From: Eledone cirrhosa
Lineage: Eukaryota
Reading direction: 5' to 3'
Assembly: GCA_964016885.1 (NCBI GenBank)
Contig: OZ024742.1
Location: forward strand, 282,162,001 to 282,226,000
Length of the DNA stretch: 64,000 bases
The position numbers and the translations under genes were made by a program. The notes beneath the pieces are model-generated. The model did not search any database. It saw only the letters and a list, made by a program, of their open reading frames with translations, and was not told where the DNA came from. Shown here one piece after another: positions 58,996-64,000 of this stretch (position 1 is the stretch's first letter; the number at the start of each line of letters is the position of its first letter).

Positions 58996-59620
58996 ATAAC
59001 CAAACCTGGATTCTCGGAGAAAGAACATAGCTTCTTAATATATAAGCTACAATTAGGCACAATATTTGGAACCTTGAAAATCTGTAAAACATTGGTGCGA
59101 AAAGCAATCCACATCTTTATAGTTGAATTAGCTAACCAATATGTATGAAAATCGAACAATGCTAGAAATAAAGAATAGCAGCAAAACGGTCTATTTGAGA
59201 AGTGTAGAGCAGTGTTTTAAAATTGGGCAAGATTCTGAAAACACTAATATATATATGGGAGAAATTCGTGGCAGTAATCTTGATCATGATCGTGATAACA
59301 TTCCCACAGGACAAGGCCACTTCAAGTGGATTTTTAGAATCCAATTATCAGTCGCTGCCATGCGAAAGCCGATATACCACTGATCACGTCAAAAGGCGAA
59401 TGAACTACTATGACGCGATATTAAATATATATTAAAAATATGTCAAATATATATCAAATATACCAAATATATTGGAAACCAAATTTTCTTCATTAGTTAT
59501 TAAAAAAATCTGGTAGGATGAATAATATTAAAGTTTCTAAAATTATATTGCCCGCTGATCTCTGAAGTACATGTATTATTTCTAGGACATATTTTATTAC
59601 TCACATATACACATATATAC

Positions 59621-59734
<114 letters not shown>

Positions 59735-59846
59735 GGGGGGTGGGTGGAGAATTGATCGACCGATCGATTGATCGAAAGATAGATACATAGTTACATATAA
59801 GTATATATAAATATATAAATATGTATGTACATATATATATATTTAC

Positions 59847-59878
<32 letters not shown>

Positions 59879-59928
59879 TTATGTATATGTGTGGGTGTCT
59901 CTATATACACACACACAAATATATATTT

Positions 59929-59961
<33 letters not shown>

Positions 59962-60327
59962 AATGTCCAAAGATTGCTTGGTTCAAGGAAAAAGACATTA
60001 AAAGTGAAATTTCAAACGTACTGCAGTTAGCTGTTATATCTGTTATAGGAATAAGCATTTCAGAATTATAATAAACATATTTCTTTTATGCTAAGACATT
60101 TGCAGAGAGCTTAAAATATCAAGATTCCATCTTCTACATCACAGAGTATATGAATTGAGAAATATGCTTATTGAACTCTTTTCGCCATAGTTGGATGAAT
60201 GTCAACCTACGAGTTTCCCCGCAGAAAATATGAGATATAATACGCATTTATTTCAATGTGTCTCCAAGATTTTCTTCGTTTAAGTAAGCTATATATATTG
60301 TTTATATATATATACACCCGCACCCAT

Positions 60328-60428
<101 letters not shown>

Positions 60429-60446
60429 CACACACACACACACACA

Positions 60447-60509
<63 letters not shown>

Positions 60510-60585
60510 ATACATCTGTGCATCTATCTCTCGATCAATACATATGTGTGTGTGTGTATTATATATAACATATAAGTATATATGC

Positions 60586-60669
<84 letters not shown>

Positions 60670-61261
60670 GTGTGAGCGTGTGTACATGTCTGCTTATATG
60701 TGTGTACGTGTGTGTATATCTGTGTATATATGGATGTGTATATGTAGTTATATACATATAATAAGACAGTAAGCAGTGCAATTGTATCGGATGCCTACAG
60801 TAACAAATATACGTATGCTCAAGCTTACTGAATTCAGTTTGATTGACTGTGAAACCTAATTCCGCAATTCTGTTATTCTGTTATTCCAAGTCAAATACGA
60901 ATAAAAGCTAGAGAGTCGACTGAGTCAGGGTGGTGTGTGGTAAACATGGGTAGTAGAGAATTAGAGATTCTGTTGGTTTTGATTAGGAATTAGGAAAAGG
61001 AATGGGAAATGGAGAAGGGGATGGGGAAGACGAAGAAATGTCTCGGAATTCAAGTCTTGGAGGAATTCAGAATTTACTGAAGGGGATTTACGGATGTAAC
61101 AAGAACCTAAAGTAATTTAACCAATTAATGTACTGTTTCTTCTTGTACTGAGCAAAAGGAGTTTGCTGGAGATCTATATGTATGCATATATGGGTGAATA
61201 TGTGTATGTGTGTCTATGTGTATGTGTGCGCGTGTATTTATGTATGTAGGTATGTACGCAT

Positions 61262-61404
<143 letters not shown>

Positions 61405-61406
61405 CA

Positions 61407-61458
<52 letters not shown>

Positions 61459-62014
61459 GGTAAGTATGTAAGTATGTACTTATGTATGAATGTATGCAAG
61501 TATTTATGAATTTATGGTTGTATGAATATGTATATATATATGTATATATATATGTATATATGTTATATATATATATGTGTGTGTGTGTGTGATTTCATAT
61601 ATGGATGTATGCATATATGGATGTATGCATGTATTTATGTATGTATGCATGTATGTATAAATGTATGTATGATTGTAAGTGTTCTTCCGGATTGTAAACG
61701 TATGCGGTCATACATACGTAGATATTATATATATGTGTGTGTGGCAATGTGTGCTTGAAAGCATGTGTTTGAGTTTGCGTACGAGTGTAGATATGAGGAC
61801 GTGTTTCGCTGTATATATATATGCATAAGTATATGTCATTGCTTCTCAATGGTTAGGTTGAATTTATATATATATATATATATGTATGCATACATATGAG
61901 TATTTTATACGTGTTTACATACATACACACATACATTCATACATACATACATGCATACATGCATACATACATATATACATACATACATAAACACTGACAC
62001 GCACACACACACAG

Positions 62015-62062
<48 letters not shown>

Positions 62063-62609
62063 TTATATATTGAGATATATATATATGCATATATATACAT
62101 ATATACATATATATACATATATATACATATGCATATATATTATATATATATACACCGACACGGACATACATATATATACTATACATATATACATACATAT
62201 GTACATATATATATACATAAGTAAATATTTACAACTAAGCAAATGTAAATTCAGTTAAAGGTAACCATATATGTGCGTACGCACACACCCTCTACAGTAA
62301 TGAATATAAACTCACACACACATACATATATCTGTATATATATACACACACACACAAACACACACACACATATATATATATATACATATATGTGTGTGTG
62401 TGTGTGTGTGTGTATTTAACCTGTTACTTTTTCATTGTCTTGGTATTGTTTGTTAGGTTTTGCCTACCTTTTCAACTTTTCAAGCTATTTAAACGTATGT
62501 TGTTACTCTTAGGACCTACCCTTATTGAGTGCTTTGCTAACTCATTCCTATTGTAGGTCGACTTTGCTTGCCCACAGCCAAAGCTTCGATTTTACTAAGC
62601 TTCCACGTG

Positions 62610-62669
<60 letters not shown>

Positions 62670-62735
62670 AATATATATGTTCATATTATCTTTATGTATA
62701 TATACCCAAGATGCACACACACAAAACACATACAT

Positions 62736-62769
<34 letters not shown>

Positions 62770-63184
62770 TGTATGTGTTTGTCTGTTTGACTGTGTGTCT
62801 GTTTATGTATTAAGTGTATATACATATTTACTGAATCTCATTTGCCCCTGCTATCTAAACCATAGAAAATATTTACATAAATTTAAATTGTATTTTAATC
62901 CTATAATACTACTACACGCCAAAAGTAGATGATAACGCTTGTGCCGCAATACCCAGAAAAACACACATACTCACCCCATCCCTCCACACACATAGTTGGA
63001 GACATATACCGTGGCACAAATATATATACGTACCTAAATCATATATAATTAAATGTAATACAATACATATATATTTTATTTTATGATTGCATGTGTGTAA
63101 GTGTATGCGTTCGTGAGTGCGTATATATATATGTTAGTATATATACGTATATTATACATACATAACTATATATATATATCATAA

Positions 63185-63372
63185 TATAATTGTTTCTACT
63201 TTTGGCACAAGGCTAGCAATTACCCAGTGTATTACTGGTACTTTATTTTATCGACCCCGTAAGAATGAAAGGCAAAGTTAACCTTGGCGGGATTTGACCT
63301 CAGACCATAAAGGGACGTAACTATGCTCGAAAGCATGGCGTCCGACCCTCTACCGATACTGCCAATCCACCA
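63185..63372 (-). mobile_element. tRNA-derived SINE, family 1
   Basis: Full-length match to 7465-7646. Confidence 0.8.
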
Positions 63373-63869
63373 TCATAATATAATAAAGAGGGGACTGCGG
63401 GCCTGCGCCCTGAATATATTTTTTTATCCCGTTTCTAAAGTAAGTTGGATTACTTTGAATATAGAATGAATGAATATTACATAATCTATGTACTAACTTT
63501 TGTAAAAACTTGATTAAATATAAAAAAATGTATTGCTTATTTCAAGATTCACTTCTTTTAAAATGTTAAAATGTTAATACTTTCAGTTATGATATAATGG
63601 ACTCTGTATTATGTATTTCATGTATATTATGTATTTCATGTTTATGTAGTTGCATCGTTATATAACGTTTATATTTCCGGCGCCAATTTTCTGCTTTGTC
63701 GTTTTCATAATATTTTGCCGTAATGCAGTTTATATATAATATCGTCTATTTTTTAATGTATCATGAATTATTTTATTGATTACAGAAGAGAGTGTGTATG
63801 TTCTCAATTACGATTTTATTTGACGTATCATATCTACATGCATATATATTTGTGTATAATATCAATACG

Positions 63870-63920
63870 TACATGCTAGCAGAAAAACCACCTGAAGGGT
63901 GGTTTTTCTGCTAGTATGTA
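63870..63920. repeat. Short near-perfect palindrome (~23-bp arms)
   Basis: tacatgctagcagaaaaaccacc tgaag ggtggtttttctgctagtatgta. Confidence 0.8.
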
Positions 63921-64000
63921 TAATATAAACACATTATCATAAGTATATATCTATAAAAATGTCTCAGCAAAGTAAAAGGAATATGGATCCATATATCCCC

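Overview
AT-rich, microsatellite-saturated eukaryotic non-coding DNA. The SINE types and (TA)n/(CA)n/(TACA)n density suggest a cephalopod such as Octopus; this is an inference. I found no host protein-coding exon, and almost all ORFs in the track are translated microsatellites. Recognisable coding content is decayed retroelements: four clear Penelope-like element (PLE) fragments (one RT, three GIY-YIG endonuclease), two Tx1/L1-clade LINE copies, three tandem R4/Dong-like LINE pieces in (CATA)n, RTE and CRE-like fragments, over a dozen tRNA-SINEs and a non-autonomous Helitron-like element. The main unexplained structure is about 25 type I hammerhead-ribozyme (HHR) motifs, read by eye, in several distinct small repeat families that mostly sit in (TA)n tracts. 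Many are fold-back elements, (TA)n-arm-loop-inverted arm-tail-(TA)n, with two oppositely oriented HHRs. One family has ~300-317 bp circularly permuted HHR-bounded units like non-LTR retrozymes, with a compensatory U3:A8 core. Ribozyme activity is predicted from motif and pairing only.
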